A stretch of DNA of 63,819 nt from Octopus bimaculoides (GCF_001194135.2 NC_068988.1:67116556-67180374); one strand, 5' to 3'. Shown: positions 1-14,028, numbered from the stretch's first letter. Made by a program: numbers and translations. Notes: generated from the sequence alone by a model not told the origin.

Positions 1-104
1 TTGACCATGATTCTATAAAACGTTTTAAAATTTTGTAAACAGAGAGTTAATTACGTTTCTTGCTTAAATAAAAGAAATTTTATTTAACAAACTGTGACGC
101 TAAA

Positions 105-349
105 GACCGAGGTTACCGTGGTCTTTTCGTAGGTTTTTCTTTCCACGGATAACCTCCCCATTTATTGGGAATTTTTTGTATTATTTCGTATTTTTTGTAA
201 ATACCCCAAACGTTTTGCGATGTTTTTTTTTCATCGTTGTCCCCACTTTTGTTTTTTTTTCTGCTTTGTTTTCGACCCCCTCGAAAAGAAAAACTCTACA
301 TTTGTATTTTGTCCCCTCTGTGTTGAGCCCTGTGTGGCTAATAAAGAAA
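105..349 (+). mobile_element. Probable 3' UTR/terminus of a LINE (L1/Tx1-like by recollection)
   Basis: A T-rich tract ending in gagccctgtgtggctAATAAAgaaa (AATAAA at 340-345). The terminal 42 nt match the tail of the SINE at 55656-55697. The family assignment is from memory only. Confidence 0.4.
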
Positions 350-710
350 CCTATCTCCCTCTCTAACTCTCACGATATATACAAGGGGATACCCAAAAGT
401 AACCGGAAACGTTTTCTGTTGGAAAAGCCCGATGTAGTTCAGGCTTCCACCGCTAGAAGGCACTTGATGCGACCCTCAGGTATCAGTCTGCCCACCAGCG
501 TTGGGGTTATTCTGCCATGTAGTGCGTCTTCGTTTTGCAGTGCTTCTGCCCTGTTCATCGATTTTTGCGATGGCTGATTATTTGCCTGCGTAATTCTTTA
601 GGGGGAAAGAGCGACCGAAACATTGTAATACGTTAAACAGATTACAAGGTTGCTGAAGTGAACAAAACAGAAGTTTATGTGTAGTGTTCACGCTTTAGGA
701 ATGCTCACTA

Positions 711-1042
711 GTCACTTGAAGACCAGACTCATTCAGGGCGACCGTCGATCTCCTGAACAGATGAAGACATGAAAGTTCATGAATTGATCTTGGAGGACTG
801 TCACCGAAAAATTGACGACCTTTTTGATGTAAATGGTGTGTCCTGGAGCTGCTGCCAACAACTTTTGAGCAAGCAATTGCAAAAGAAAAGAGTTGCAGCA
901 AAATTTGTGCCTCACTTGCTCACGGAAGATCAAAGGTGGTCACGCCTGAATGCGTGTCATGCACTGAGAGAACATTTGCAAGTTGATCCGGACCTTTGTA
1001 CGGAGGTCATCACGCGTGACGAAAGCTGGTGCTACGGGATTT
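711..1042 (+). mobile_element. Mariner (DD34D-type) transposase remnant
   Basis: Translates to SGRPS...KVHELILED...RVAAKFVPHLLTEDQ...VITRDESWCYG, giving the WVPHEL-equivalent motif and the first catalytic D motif. It is truncated just before an assembly gap. Confidence 0.9.
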
Positions 1043-1571
1043 GCAGATGTGGAAGAGGTGAAAAAAACAAAAACAAAACCAAAAAANNNNNNNNNNNNNN
1101 NNNNNNNNNNNNNNNNNNNNNNNNNNNNNNNNNNNNNNNNNNNNNNNNNNNNNNNNNNNNNNNNNNNNNNNNNNNNNNNNNNNNNNNNNNNNNNNNNNNN
1201 NNNNNNNNNNNNNNNNNNNNNNNNNNNNNNNNNNNNNNNNNNNNNNNNNNNNNNNNNNNNNNNNNNNNNNNNNNNNNNNNNNNNNNNNNNNNNNNNNNNN
1301 NNNNNNNNNNNNNNNNNNNNNNNNNNNNNNNNNNNNNNNNNNNNNNNNNNNNNNNNNNNNNNNNNNNNNNNNNNNNNNNNNNNNNNNNNNNNNNNNNNNN
1401 NNNNNNNNNNNNNNNNNNNNNNNNNNNNNNNNNNNNNNNNNNNNNNNNNNNNNNNNNNNNNNNNNNNNNNNNNNNNNNNNNNNNNNNNNNNNNNNNNNNN
1501 NNNNNNNNNNNNNNNNNNNNNNNNNNNNNNNNNNNNNNNNNNNNNNNNNNNNNNNNNNNNNNNNNNNNNNN

Positions 1572-1617
<46 letters not shown>

Positions 1618-2425
1618 CAGAGGATGTAATGGGTAAATTGTCGCCATCTTAAATTTTTTATCTCGCGCATGTGCATTGTTTGTTTTGGGGTCAGTTGGGC
1701 ACCGTCTATGAGAAAAACACCACCATGACGCAATTGACTCTGCCAGAAATTTGGATATGCGGTACTGCTTATCATTCGCACCGGAATCTCCAATATGAAC
1801 ATGTGCCAATACGAACATGTACCAATAATGATAAAAATCAAACATCCAGTCAACATTATTACGGTGTTTGGAGTGACAAGAAGTAAGGGCAACGTTGTGC
1901 TTCCATTCATCTTCCCACACGGCCTAACACTCAACATGAAGGCCTACATGAGGGGCTTGGAAAAGGTAGTGCTGCCCTGGGTCAAGAGGTAACATTCTAT
2001 ATCAGGCAACAGGTATCTGCACCACACCACACAAGCAGGAGAACCCAGTCATGGCTGTCAGACAATTTCTGCGACAACATCACCCCTAACATCTGCCCAC
2101 CTACTCTCCAGGCTGCAACACTCTTGATTATTATCTGTAGGGCGCAATTGAGTGAGAGACCAGCAAAATTCCTTGTAACATCAATGATGACCTAAAGGCA
2201 AGGATTATGACCGCATTTACCAACTTAAACAAGGAGACCGTTCAGAAGAGTTGCAGTAGATTGCTAAATCGTCTGGCGGCAGTGGTTGAAGCCATTGGTG
2301 ATTTTATTGAATACAATTACTCTTTAGAATTTCAATATATTTTTATATAATTGTGGTAAATATATCCGTTAAAATGAGTTAGTGTTACTTTCACTTTTTG
2401 TGTAATTTAGACAAGTTTATTCGTG
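1618..2425 (+). mobile_element. Decayed IS630-Tc1-mariner element (maT/DD37D-like), internally deleted
   Basis: Begins TA-cagaggatgtaatgggtaaattgtcgccat. Broken frames read KHPVNIITVFGV...PFIFPHGLTLN...VVLPWVKR, then SAPHHTSRRTQSWLSDNFCDNITPN and NKETVQKSC...VVEAIGDFIE. Confidence 0.85.
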
Positions 2426-2549
2426 TGTCGATAAGCCAGCTGGAGGAGATGTCCTCCTGGGGCTAAAAGCAACAGTAACATCCACCCCTAGGGGTCAGCC
2501 ACACTTAAGTGGCAATATACTACACTTTATATATATATATATATAAAGC

Positions 2550-3300
2550 AAGGGTCCCACGTGAGGAAGATATCAAGCAAGACACCATCTCTCCAAAGCT
2601 CTTTACCGTATGTCTAGATATGTTATTCAAGTACATCGAGTGGACAGGTGGTGTGAACAGCAATGACAGCAACTAACACACCTTCAATTCACAGATGACA
2701 TTTTACTCATCTCTGAAACCATAGAGCAGCTGCAGATCATGCGGATGGAGCTGAACACTTAAAGCTTAACACTAGGTCTTAAAATGAACTGCATCGAAAC
2801 AAAGTATATATGGTCAGTAGATGAAGTGCAAAGCCGAATAAACGCGGGAAGCGATGAAATCGGGGAGGTAAAGGAGTATGTCAGCATAGGGCATCTAGTG
2901 AATATGTGCTGAGATATGGACGCTGAAATCTCAAAGAGAATAAGGGCGAGATAAAATGCATTTAAATTAACAAAGGATGCGCTCGAAAGAAAGCTAGACA
3001 ATGCCATATTTGACAGACTCATCAGTAATACTTTCCAACCTGCGATCTTAGATGCAAGTGAAACGTGGTTTACAACGATGAAAACAGAACATCGATTGCC
3101 TACGTCACAAAGGGCCATGGACAGGTCCATGTTAGGAGTATCACTAAGTGAGCACATTCAAAATGAAATAATTCGCAATATCAGTTAATTATTCGAACAA
3201 CATCAGTTAATAATTCAAGAACGGAGCAGAGTGAATAACGTGATCGCAGAATACAAGAGGTACAAGCTCCGCCAGGACGGACAAACACGCCATGTTTCGT
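2550..3300 (+). mobile_element. RTE-clade LINE reverse transcriptase remnant
   Basis: Broken frames read QDTISPKLFTVCL, HLQFTDDILLISE (YADD equivalent), GLKMN, ASETWFTT and QRAMDRSMLGVSL. Confidence 0.85.
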
Positions 3301-4614
3301 GCAATAAGTTTAATACAAATTATATTGGGTAAACACTCAATATATTTTATTTTATATGCCAAGAAAATCAATTCGTTATTTCCTTAGCATTCAGCAAAAC
3401 TTTACCGCAGTCAAATTCCGATTGAACAGGTAGATGTTTGTTAAAGGTTTATGAACCTCAACAGCAAGAAACAGTAATTTTACCAATTACTTTTATTTTG
3501 AAGGCTTCTTATGCTTATAAATATGTCCAACGTTATAGTCTTCTAATGTTTGATTCTAATTAAATTATTTCTATATAACGTCTGAGGAGGTTCAAGAACA
3601 AATCTACATATGTTAATTTAATAGCTGCTGTGCCATTAGTTGCGTCAACTGACATCCATTGACATGATTTAATTCTGGAATAATCAGAAATTGTCGCTTA
3701 TGGTTCTGAAATTGTTTATGAATTACGATAAAGTCTTAAATTAATGAAGTAAATTTACATACACGTATGTGTGTACAACGAACTCTATCATGTCTTTTAT
3801 ACAGTATACATTGGAAGAACAGTATCTCGTTTCTGATGAGAGCATATTAAATAGATCGTAGAAGACGAGAAGAGATAATTGGGAGAAATTAACTAATATC
3901 ACCAATAGATTTGTATGTTTTTGTTTTGGTGAATGATACTTTGATCGTTGTTTCCAGACAAGGGCCATATATAGTCATGCTTCCGGCTCTTAAACTTTAC
4001 CAACATATAATTTTAAAAACCGAACCTCATGTGGCCGCTTTCGTTTCCTAAGTGGAACTCTTAATTAAGTGAGAACTGTTCCTCAATTTAGATTATGTTC
4101 CTTATTTCAGTTTATACTATATCAGTTTGAATGTCAGTAAAATCACAAATGAACATATACATAAAAAGTAAAGCTGATGGAAACTCTACGCCTATATATA
4201 CGCATACATACACAATATGATGACCTACCTGCAATTATTAAAAGAATTTAATATTAGAGCGGATTTGTGGTCATTTGAAGGAACGTTCACCGCATTGACG
4301 TCATATTCATACCTTTAAAGAAGACACACGCGCTCTGAACTTAGTATAGCTGTAGACAATATGCACGTTCTTGGATGGGTATAATCGTTAGAACGTTCTG
4401 AATTTAAAGACTGCAGAGATAACTATATATCCATAACTATTTATAGATAACTATAAAAGGTGTCCTTTTTCATACATAATGCAGAGATATGATAAAAAAG
4501 GTCTAATGCAAATTAATTTTCATTATCTGCTATATATTGAATTAGAATTTCATATTTCTAAAAATAAGGGACTTATTTAAAGTATCTTTTGGGACTCACT
4601 GTAAATACACATTC

Positions 4615-4845
4615 GTGTGTGTGTATTTCAGAGTCTGTGTGTGTTCATTATCACCTCTTGACAAATGATGTTGCCGTTTTTCAGTCTCCGTAACATGGTG
4701 CCTCGGTAAAAGAGTAGGTCAGAATAAGTACGACTTTAAAAACAAGAAACACTGTGGCAAATTCGTTCGTCTAAAATTCTTCAAGGCTTTGCCCGTCGTA
4801 GCTGTTGTCTAATCGGTCAACCGAGTCAAAGGTAGAAGATAAAAG
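4615..4845 (+). mobile_element. Diverged SINE body/tail (same family as 28853-29236)
   Basis: Degenerate match to the cttgacaa...ccgtaac...ggtaaaagag...agaataagtac...ttcgtctaaa blocks of the better-preserved copy. Confidence 0.55.
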
Positions 4846-4941
4846 AGAAATCCAAAGAAGTAAAGAAGAAATAAATGAGAAATGTACAGAGAATATAGGC
4901 AGATTTATCTAAAGTGTTCATAAACATATACACGCACGCAC

Positions 4942-4981
<40 letters not shown>

Positions 4982-4994
4982 ATACACACACACC

Positions 4995-5037
<43 letters not shown>

Positions 5038-5249
5038 GATGAACTCTCCGGTCGGTTTCGACGTATGAAAATCCGACAACCTACTCTTTCTTTGTCATAA
5101 TGCTTATGTCGTATGTGACATTTAAGTACCGCCAACTATTTGCAAAAAACCCCGCAGATCCTGCAAGTATAAGGATTATAGGTCAGTGCAGGTGGTATAT
5201 TTGCAGCGGCTTTTCTTCTTTGCCTTGCACTCCGAAGCCTGTTAATGCT

Positions 5250-5570
5250 GGCTGTAACAAAGTTTGTAATACCATTTTGACACAACAATTGCCATTTTGT
5301 TTGCTCCAAGACTATTGTTCAAAGGTGTTGTGAGCTATCTTCATTTCTACTTTTCAATTTGACCTTATATCTCAGCCATGGTCGACCAACATTCCTGTGT
5401 CCACTATCAAGCTGGCTATACATGAGGACTTCGGGTATTCTTTCGTCACTTATTCTGACGACATGGCCAGCCCACCGCAATTGTGATTGCATAAAGAAGC
5501 TCTCGATTCCATCAATCTTACTATATATTGTATTTTGTCTTACACTTTAGTTTTGTCTATATACTGCTGA
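5250..5570 (-). mobile_element. RTE LINE 3' remnant
   Basis: Pieces of the reverse complement read as degenerate LRWAGHV...ERIPK...GHRNVGRPWLRYK, typical of the RTE ORF C-terminus. Confidence 0.6.
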
Positions 5571-5790
5571 AAATGACATAATTTTGGGTTATGCGTTCTC
5601 ACTCTGAATGAAATGATGGTACGACCTAATGAAGGACATTGTTAAACGATTACCTGAGGAGGATCATTTTACACTTTGAATACATTATAATGATTACACA
5701 TCAGTATACCAATGTATCATGGATGTAAAACTGTGACGAAACAATTGTAGAGATTTTAAATAAACAATGTCGCTAATTCTATTTTCTATA

Positions 5791-5811
5791 ATCTATCTAT
5801 CTATCTATCTT

Positions 5812-5842
<31 letters not shown>
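5791..5842. repeat. (TATC)n microsatellite
   Basis: Tandem tatc units read directly from the sequence. Confidence 0.95.
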
Positions 5843-5843
<1 letters not shown>

Positions 5844-6026
5844 AACATACATGCATTCACACACCCACACGCTCATGCTCACGCAGACATGTATGTATTC
5901 AAATATTCCTCTGAATTTTCAATTATATTTTCTTGTTGTTTGGGTTAATAACGATTTTTCCACATACGTAGTTATAAATAGATAACATACCATCACGTAT
6001 GTATACATACAAACATAACTGCATAT

Positions 6027-6098
6027 ATCCATCCATCCATCCATCCATCCATCCATCCATCCATCCATCCACCCATCCACCCATCCATCCATCCATCC
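6027..6098. repeat. (ATCC)n microsatellite
   Basis: Tandem atcc units. This explains the MDGW-repeat ORFs in the track. Confidence 0.95.
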
Positions 6099-6592
6099 AA
6101 TCATGCATGCATATATAAGTTATACCTGCCACAGAGGAAAGAATCACTCGGCTAATATGTATGAAAGATTGATAAAATTTATTAAGGAAAAACATTGATA
6201 GTGTATTGCAGAACTGTATATAAGGCTGATTTTATTGCTTTCATCTGCTTCCAAATTCTCTCACGGATATTTCCAGGTACTTTCGAGTAAATGATAATGC
6301 TCAAGAACATGTTCCATTCTGCGCTTACAATATGGAATTATGGGTGTATTTAATAAACACCTAGTGTGTATAGAGTATAATGTTTATAAAATATACTTGT
6401 TGTCTGTAAGGACAAAAGGCCGTCCATATATAATAACTTGGTGGATATTACATATGACACATACTGACACATATAGCCGTATATTAATTTTTATATTTAG
6501 ATTTATAATGGAACACCGGTGGATTTTGTTTTCTTGCGTTCTCTGAAAGTGAAATATAATTTGGAAGAAAATTGTAAGATATAATATATAAA

Positions 6593-6641
<49 letters not shown>

Positions 6642-6703
6642 AAATTTAATATTCTTAAGATATTCTTAAAAGAAAAGAATATAAAAATAATCTGTCTGTT
6701 TAG

Positions 6704-6828
6704 GATTCATTCCAATAAACTGAATGGCGTATCATTACCATGCAATTATCCAGATGATGCAGAGATCTCAGATGAGACACCAGCAAGGGGCAAAATTCTA
6801 TTAAATCTGCTCATCTACGGAGGAGCAG
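6704..6828 (+). CDS. Candidate orphan exon on the opposite strand, product unknown
   Basis: tctgtctgtttag|G ATT CAT...GGA GCA G|gtaaat; 125 nt, open in only one frame (IHSNKLNGVSLPCNYPDDAEISDETPARGKILLNLLIYGGA) and more GC-rich than the flanks. I found no partner exon and recognise no family. Confidence 0.35.
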
Positions 6829-7899
6829 GTAAATTTGAAACCTTTTCATGCAAGATATCTTGGCATTAATACACACGAAACCATGCGCTCGCGCACGCAC
6901 ACATAATTGTAACATAACATATTGTTATATTATTTTTTATACATATTTCAATATGTTACGCACACATTATGCATATGTAAAACACCCAATGGGTATATAA
7001 TTCATGAGCCATACATATATAAGTATATATCATATCATATTATGTCCATACACAAATAAACATTTATTCGCAATCAGAAAGCCATGATATGATGATATTT
7101 GTACGTGTCTATAACATGCTGTAATTAGCTATATATATANNNNNNNNNNNNNNNNNNNNNNNNNNNNNNNNNNNNNNNNNNNNNNNNNNNNNNNNNNNNN
7201 NNNNNNNNNNNNATATATATAATATATTTATATACATATAGTAGTTATATTATTCTCATGCAAGCAAGATAGATATTAATATCTGGCCATAAGATCGCTG
7301 AATATCCCATGACGTTATCAGTTAGTTAAACACCAAATCGGATTTATTTACGTCATGTTATATAATATTTGATATATATTTCGTATTGGTAAATGAAGCA
7401 TGCAAATGAAACGTGCGCAGCGCGGCTTACGCTAACCATTAGGTTTTGTTTATTGAATCATATGCCGCATAATATGTGGCATTTGTAAGTCTGAGACATA
7501 TACTGATTTACAGGATACCCAGCACCAGTAAACATATTAACTCTGTAAGGACTACTATACTGAACAACTGACCAGTTGAATCGGCAGTATTTCTTTCGGA
7601 GTAATCATATTAGCTAAAGATACGCAGAAGAGCATATATGCTAGTGTATTATATACATATTCAAATTAATATATATGTATACATATGTTTATATATTTGA
7701 TTGCAAGATTCCTCATGTGAAATGGTGTATTGAAACAAATATTGTTATACTTAGAGATGATCTTAATTTACCACTTAAATACACACACACTCACACATAC
7801 GTTTTATTCTTATCTTAGCGTACTTTTTTTCTGAAATCTTTCGTCACACATCCTGTCTCTTCTTCAGCGACTCTCCAGCCTACATGCCACCTCCTGTTG

Positions 7900-8000
7900 T
7901 GTTTAGACCACTTAAACTTGCGGAATGTGCTATCCAGCAGGACTGAGCCTGGAACCACGTGGTTGAGAAGCCATCAACTTAATACACAGCTACACCTGTT
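7900..8000 (-). mobile_element. tRNA-derived SINE head fragment
   Basis: ggactgagcctggaaccacgtggttgagaagc...tacacagctacacctg is the reverse complement of the head seen at 21215-21280. Confidence 0.6.
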
Positions 8001-8573
8001 GAAGTATGTGGAAGACAGACATAATCCCATGTAGGTTATCTGATACTAGACATAATAGATTTTCTGTCTTTCTTAATTACATCTATGGTGAGATCGTAAA
8101 CTGGGAGGTAGTATTGTTATCATATAACTATTAGAAATAGTGGCTGCTTAATGTCTATATTAATTTAACCGTTAAAGAAGAAAGTCAAGTAAAGTGTTCA
8201 AGACAATCTGAGTGCGATCCAACATGCAGCAGATGATTGAAGTTAATAATATCGCCATTCTAAAATATTTGAAGATTTTAGTTAACAATAACCGCATAGA
8301 ATTATTTTATATAAAATATTAAAAAAAGGAATTGAAGTACGTAGCGTTAAGTGTGAAAATTTTAACCTTGCGAGTGGAAGGTAAGATAGAATTCGATATT
8401 GGAAATATGAAAATCCACAATGCTTTATTGGGTGAACGTGCAGGTCTGTATATTCTCGCTATACATGCATGCATACATACATACATACATACATATACGC
8501 ATACATACATACATACCATACATACATACACAATACATACATACATACATACACACATATAAGTGTATGTGTG

Positions 8574-8615
<42 letters not shown>

Positions 8616-10719
8616 TTCACATGTCATTCACACATACACATGTATATTGATGCACATATTTCGAACATGTATTATTAGTTAATCATTGTTAATTATTATT
8701 TTTCATAGGTCACTCGCACCAATCTCTCTCCACCTATCTCTCTCCCTCTCTGTAAACACACACACACACACATGCATATATATATATATATGCACACACA
8801 CACATATATATATATGTATATAAATGCACATACATGCAAAAATAGCTAATATTTATTTCGCGACCATGCGAGAAAGGAAACATGCTGTATTGTATAATCA
8901 TATGTGCACCGTTACTGTTTTCCGCTCGTCAAACAGTTTCTGACGAGTGGCACCGTCCGTTGAACTGAGTGGGACCTGCAGGAAATGGAATCTTTTGATT
9001 TTGTTTGTTCCCGGACATAGAGAAGCTGATTTCTAACAACATACACCTGGACATGTAACCTGTAATATTAGCCGAACGATGCAGATAATATTGCGGAACA
9101 CTGTCTTATAATTCAGATAAATTTGAACTGATAGAATATCTCATCTATCTTTATTCACAGCAATTTGATCTCATCATGTAAATATATAATTACGTATGTT
9201 AAAAATATCCCAGTAAATATAAAATAAATAGTTTTTGTGATAATCGTCGCTAATTTTAGCCCTAGGTTCGCCCGATCAAGAATATCTGTGATCAGATGTG
9301 TTCTAGCTCTGATCATCATGTATATTTTGTAAGTGATATGTATCCAGTATGTCATTGACGCTAGGGTGCAATGGGGTAAATATGGCTGCCATTTCTAGGT
9401 CGAGTAATTGCAAAAATTCTCCATTAAAGTGAGAAAGTACAAGACCCATGTTCAATCGAAGTTTAACAACAATCAAATTTGTTCTCAGTATATTGCTGAA
9501 AGAGTCAAGTATTTAATCACGTTACATTATAAGAAGAATTATAAATTAAACGGAGCACATCCGCTCAGTTTAGTTTATGACTTATATAGCAGAAAATGTT
9601 GCATATATATTAATCAATTTGTGTGATATTCCTGTCATTCAGCCATTCCATGCATTACACAACATTTTCTATTTATCTGCTTCTTTTTCAGTCAGTCCAC
9701 AAATGTTACAAAACATATTTTATTCTAATTTGGATAGCAATCTTTTGCAATTATTTAGCCTGCGAAAAATATGCTTCTTTCATCTAATATTTACAACTTT
9801 GCAGAGCAAATTCCATTGAAAACATTTTATTTAAGTAAAAGCTTCCTCAAATGAACATTATTTGATTTTAGTGAATATTTATATTTTATATATATCATGA
9901 ATTACAGGACGTTAATATTTAGCATCCACATAGAGCTAAATGAGTTTGACAAATGACTAATCTATTCTGCCTATGAATAAACCTCCTTTAGGATATATTC
10001 CAAATATTTACGATGTCGGCGATTATTAATGCAACTAATGTAGACATGTGGCAGTTATTTGATGATATAACTAAAGACAATTCTGTATAAAATACAAAAC
10101 TTGTTATTCCAGTGTACAGGGTGATCTCATTTCATTATTTTGTAATTTTGTGGTCATTGGAAAGAAAGAGCTATGCCTGGTCATTAGTTATAACTTCTTA
10201 TGAAGTAATGATATTGTATCAGTGTTCGCTTGAATGTAGAACACCATTATATGCTGGAGATAATTTAGTTGATATATGTAGTGATCATTAACAGCTTCTG
10301 CTCTTTTGAAATTGAGAGAATCGTGTTCTTGATCTCATTGTTGTACTGCTAATTCTCATACTTGTCATGTTAAGTTACGTGTAATGTAAACAACAGAAAT
10401 AATGCAAACAAGCATATGTATGTATATATATATATAAATAAATATATATATATATATATANNNNNNNNNNNNNNNNNNNNNNNNNNNNNNNNNNNNNNNN
10501 NNNNNNNNNNNNNNNNNNNNNNNNNNNNNNNNNNNNNNNNNNNNNNNNNNNNNNNNNNNNNNNNNNNNNNNNNNNNNNNNNNNNNNNNNNNNNNNNNNNN
10601 NNNNNNNNNNNNNNNNNNNNNNNNNNNNNNNNNNNNNNNNNNNNNNNNNNNNNNNNNNNNNNNNNNNNNNNNNNNNNNNNNNNNNNNNNNNNNNNNNNNN
10701 NNNNNNNNNNNNNNNNNNC

Positions 10720-11050
10720 AGACTTGTAGGAGCTAGCATTGCAATGCGCCAATTCCAGCATTCTATCACCAGAATAAGACAAGTTGGTAAAAATACCAAA
10801 CTCGCTATCTTGAATTCGGTTTTAATGCTTTTCCTTATCTATGGTCATGAATGTCATGTAATTATCGAAAGAGTCCAATCGCGAAAAACAAGTGGCCGAA
10901 ATAGGGCTCCTCCTAAGGATCTCTGGTGTAACAATACTCAACATGATAGGTAGCTTGCCGACCACGTAGCCTCTCCAGCTTGTGCCACTGCCCTGCATTC
11001 GGAGCCAAAAGCTCCAGCTGTGTAATTAGAGTAGCAGTCGGAGATGGATA
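10720..11050 (+). mobile_element. RTE LINE remnant
   Basis: Reads ASIAMRQFQHSI...TKLAILNSVLMLFLIYGHECHVIIERVQS, then QVAEIGLLLRISGVTIL after a frameshift. Confidence 0.75.
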
Positions 11051-11329
11051 TATGTATCCATAACTTAAATGCCAAATTTTATAACGGAATCGAATTTTCT
11101 AGAACTGAATACTAAGGTAAGGCTATCAACTATATGAAATGCGATTGAGTTATTTGAATTCTTAACACGTACCTATTCGTAGGTAGTCCTCTAGTTTAAA
11201 CTCATGATGTCCCACTTAACCCATCAACGAATACTCTGAGAAAAATAAAAAATTATAAGTTGAAGATATATAACATTAAGCAATACTAACTATTTGAAGT
11301 TAATCTACTATAATAATTAGAGACTTGGG

Positions 11330-11560
11330 TCTCCGTCGGTTACGACGACGTGTGTTCCAGTTGATGCCTGCTCGTAAAATTAACCTGAAATTGGTAGATC
11401 ATTCAACAAACTCACGTACCCTTAACGAAGTTTTCAGTGTGATTCAGCGTGACACAGAATGTGCCAAGACCAGCCCTTTCGATTAGATGCACAACTCCTT
11501 TTTGCCAGCTGAGTGGACGGGACCAATGAGAAATAATGTAACAAGAAGTATTTAAGTTTA
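11330..11560 (-). mobile_element. SINE body (same family as 49660-50080)
   Basis: Shares ctccgtcggttacgacgacg...gcctgctcgt.aaattaac...gtacccttaacg...ttcagcgtgacaca with the 49.7 kb copy. Confidence 0.75.
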
Positions 11561-12037
11561 AATATCAATAAATTAATCTCAGTCAATATATACGACATTG
11601 ATTTTTAGTTGATTGGTGAAGTGTAACATTACGTCCACGAGCCTTTAGAAATGGTAGTAGTCTAAGCTGTATTATAGAACTGGCAAATATCTTTCTGCAA
11701 AGCAAACATTTTAACGAGCAAACATACACATACGACGCGCACACATGTAACGTAACACACACGCACATTCACGCATACTTGGACCCATACGCTTATACAG
11801 ATGCGCATATACACATATTCAAATACATACTACTTAACACACCCATGTCAGTATATATATATATATATATNNNNNNNNNNNNNNNNNNNNNNNNNNNNNN
11901 NNNNNNNNNNNNNNNNNNNNNNNNNNNNNNNNNNNNNNNNNNNNNNNNNNNNNNNNNNNNNNNNNNNNNNNNNNNNNNNNNNNNNNNNNNNNNNNNNNNN
12001 NNNNNNNNNNNNNNNNNNNNNNNNNNNNNNNNNNNNN

Positions 12038-12101
<64 letters not shown>

Positions 12102-14028
12102 ATAAAAAAAAACCACTGACACATAGATATCGATATGTCGAGTTATCTGCCTACTTAAGCATACTCTATTTTTACACTGCAACTTATCGAGTCACGCATA
12201 TCCCATTATTATACACATACACATAGAGACACATATTTTAACATAGTGTTGGGTCAAAATTTATTGCTGCTTATATTATTTTAAACTTTGATTCTTAGTT
12301 TGGAATAGATTTTTATGTTTATATAATTGGCCATTTTGAAGCTCCAATGTTGATTTACTGATTTATGCAAGTGATTTTTTTTTCACCTTATTTCTGTCAA
12401 ATCAAACAGAAATATGAGAGATTTCATTGCGTAAGTTTAAAAAGGAATGCGAAATGGTAGTTCTGCTAGCAATATTAATCAAATGTTTAGTCAGTAAAGT
12501 AGAGATCAAAATTGCTTACAAATATTGTATTGCGAAGTCTACGGCCACGAAGCTGAGAAATATCTAGGGTAGCCAGCCTTCTTGGATTTACGGAGACGAG
12601 TTGGTAGTTATTATTTAGGTGAGACCACACAAAACTACTCGAGAAATTTTGGGATTTGTTTCTGTGTGGTCTGCACAATATTGCAATGACACAAATGCTC
12701 CACAAATCGATGCCGCAAGGAAATGCCGCAACAATCCTACTTTTCGTTTCCTTTAACTAAAAAGTTTGTTGAACTCACAGCAAATTGTGACATAAAATGC
12801 ATTTTATACGACAGCTATTCGTTTCTGCGCTGTTACTAAGGACACTCAACAGGTTATTTGTATTAGTTTTAATATATATTCACAGGAATATTTGTATGTT
12901 GGGGCATAAATATAAGGATGTTCATGATATTGTTTGCTTATGTTAATAGTTTTAATTACAACTTTATTCGACAGACAATGATGCTTAAACGCTGGAACAC
13001 CCTAACAGTGTAGCAAGGAAAATAAATATTAATGAATTTATGTTTCTTATATGTAAATAAATGTTTAAGAAAATATATCATTTAGCGGTATTGTTAAATG
13101 CATTGTATGTTTGATTTTTTACAAAAAAAACAAACAAACAAAAAAAAAACCCAAAAGAACAAAAACAAAAAATCCCAGTTTTATTTTGAAATTATCCAGC
13201 TTGCTTCGAAATAATTTAAATGTAATAATTTTGTATGAAATTAAGGTGAATCGATCAATATAAGAGCCTGCTGGGAGATTGTAGTTGTAATTATACTTTT
13301 TTGATGTTTTAAATACAGGAAATCTAAGCTTAGCGTTGAGATTACATTGACGCCATTTGGTTGGCTTCAATTTTTCTAATTGTTCAACTTTTTCTAACAT
13401 CACTTTTCTATTTCGATATTTTGTAAAATAAAAACATTAACAACGTCAAAATGAAATGACAGCCTATGCGGTCCATCCATTCTAAACTACTCTATATCAA
13501 CGTACGGTGGTAGCGGTTGGACACTTGTTAAAAATCAGCATGAAACATATTGCTGTTTGAATCAATAGTTTTATTGATATCCAATTCATGAAAATTTAAG
13601 TAAACTAAGATTGTAAATGTAAATCTATACACACACACAAAATCAAAATGCTGGTACCAAGACGTAAAATTGACGTACGTTTTAGCAGAGATCTTCATAC
13701 CCACTAGGTCCCATTCTTCTCACCTTAATAGACTGAATAATTCATATAGTTATAGTTTTACCGGTATATTTTTGTATGAAATCTCTCCATTCAGCAGTTT
13801 GTTATAATATATAATAAACCAGAAAGGAATAATATTTTTTCCTTCTCTGTAACTTTCCTTTTTCCCTCATTCTGACAGAGAGCCATGATCCAAAAGTTAT
13901 ACACCCGCTCTTCTTACCATATTATATATATATACATATACATATAAATATATACATATTTATATATATATACATATATGTATATATACAAAATCTATAT
14001 ACATATATATATATATACGTATATGTAT

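Noticed and set aside
8925-8947. ctcgtca...tgacgag hairpin containing CTGACGA
   Set aside because: There is no downstream stem II and GAAA box in hammerhead geometry, so it is only a short 7-bp inverted repeat.
13290-13407. Minus-strand (R)KVMLEKVEQLEKLKPTKW as the exon after the transmembrane helix
   Set aside because: The phase fits and it resembles KLMLEK, but the acceptor is purine-rich, the E-L-x-x-x-x-W-R-I/V spacing is wrong and there is no good donor. Probably chance.
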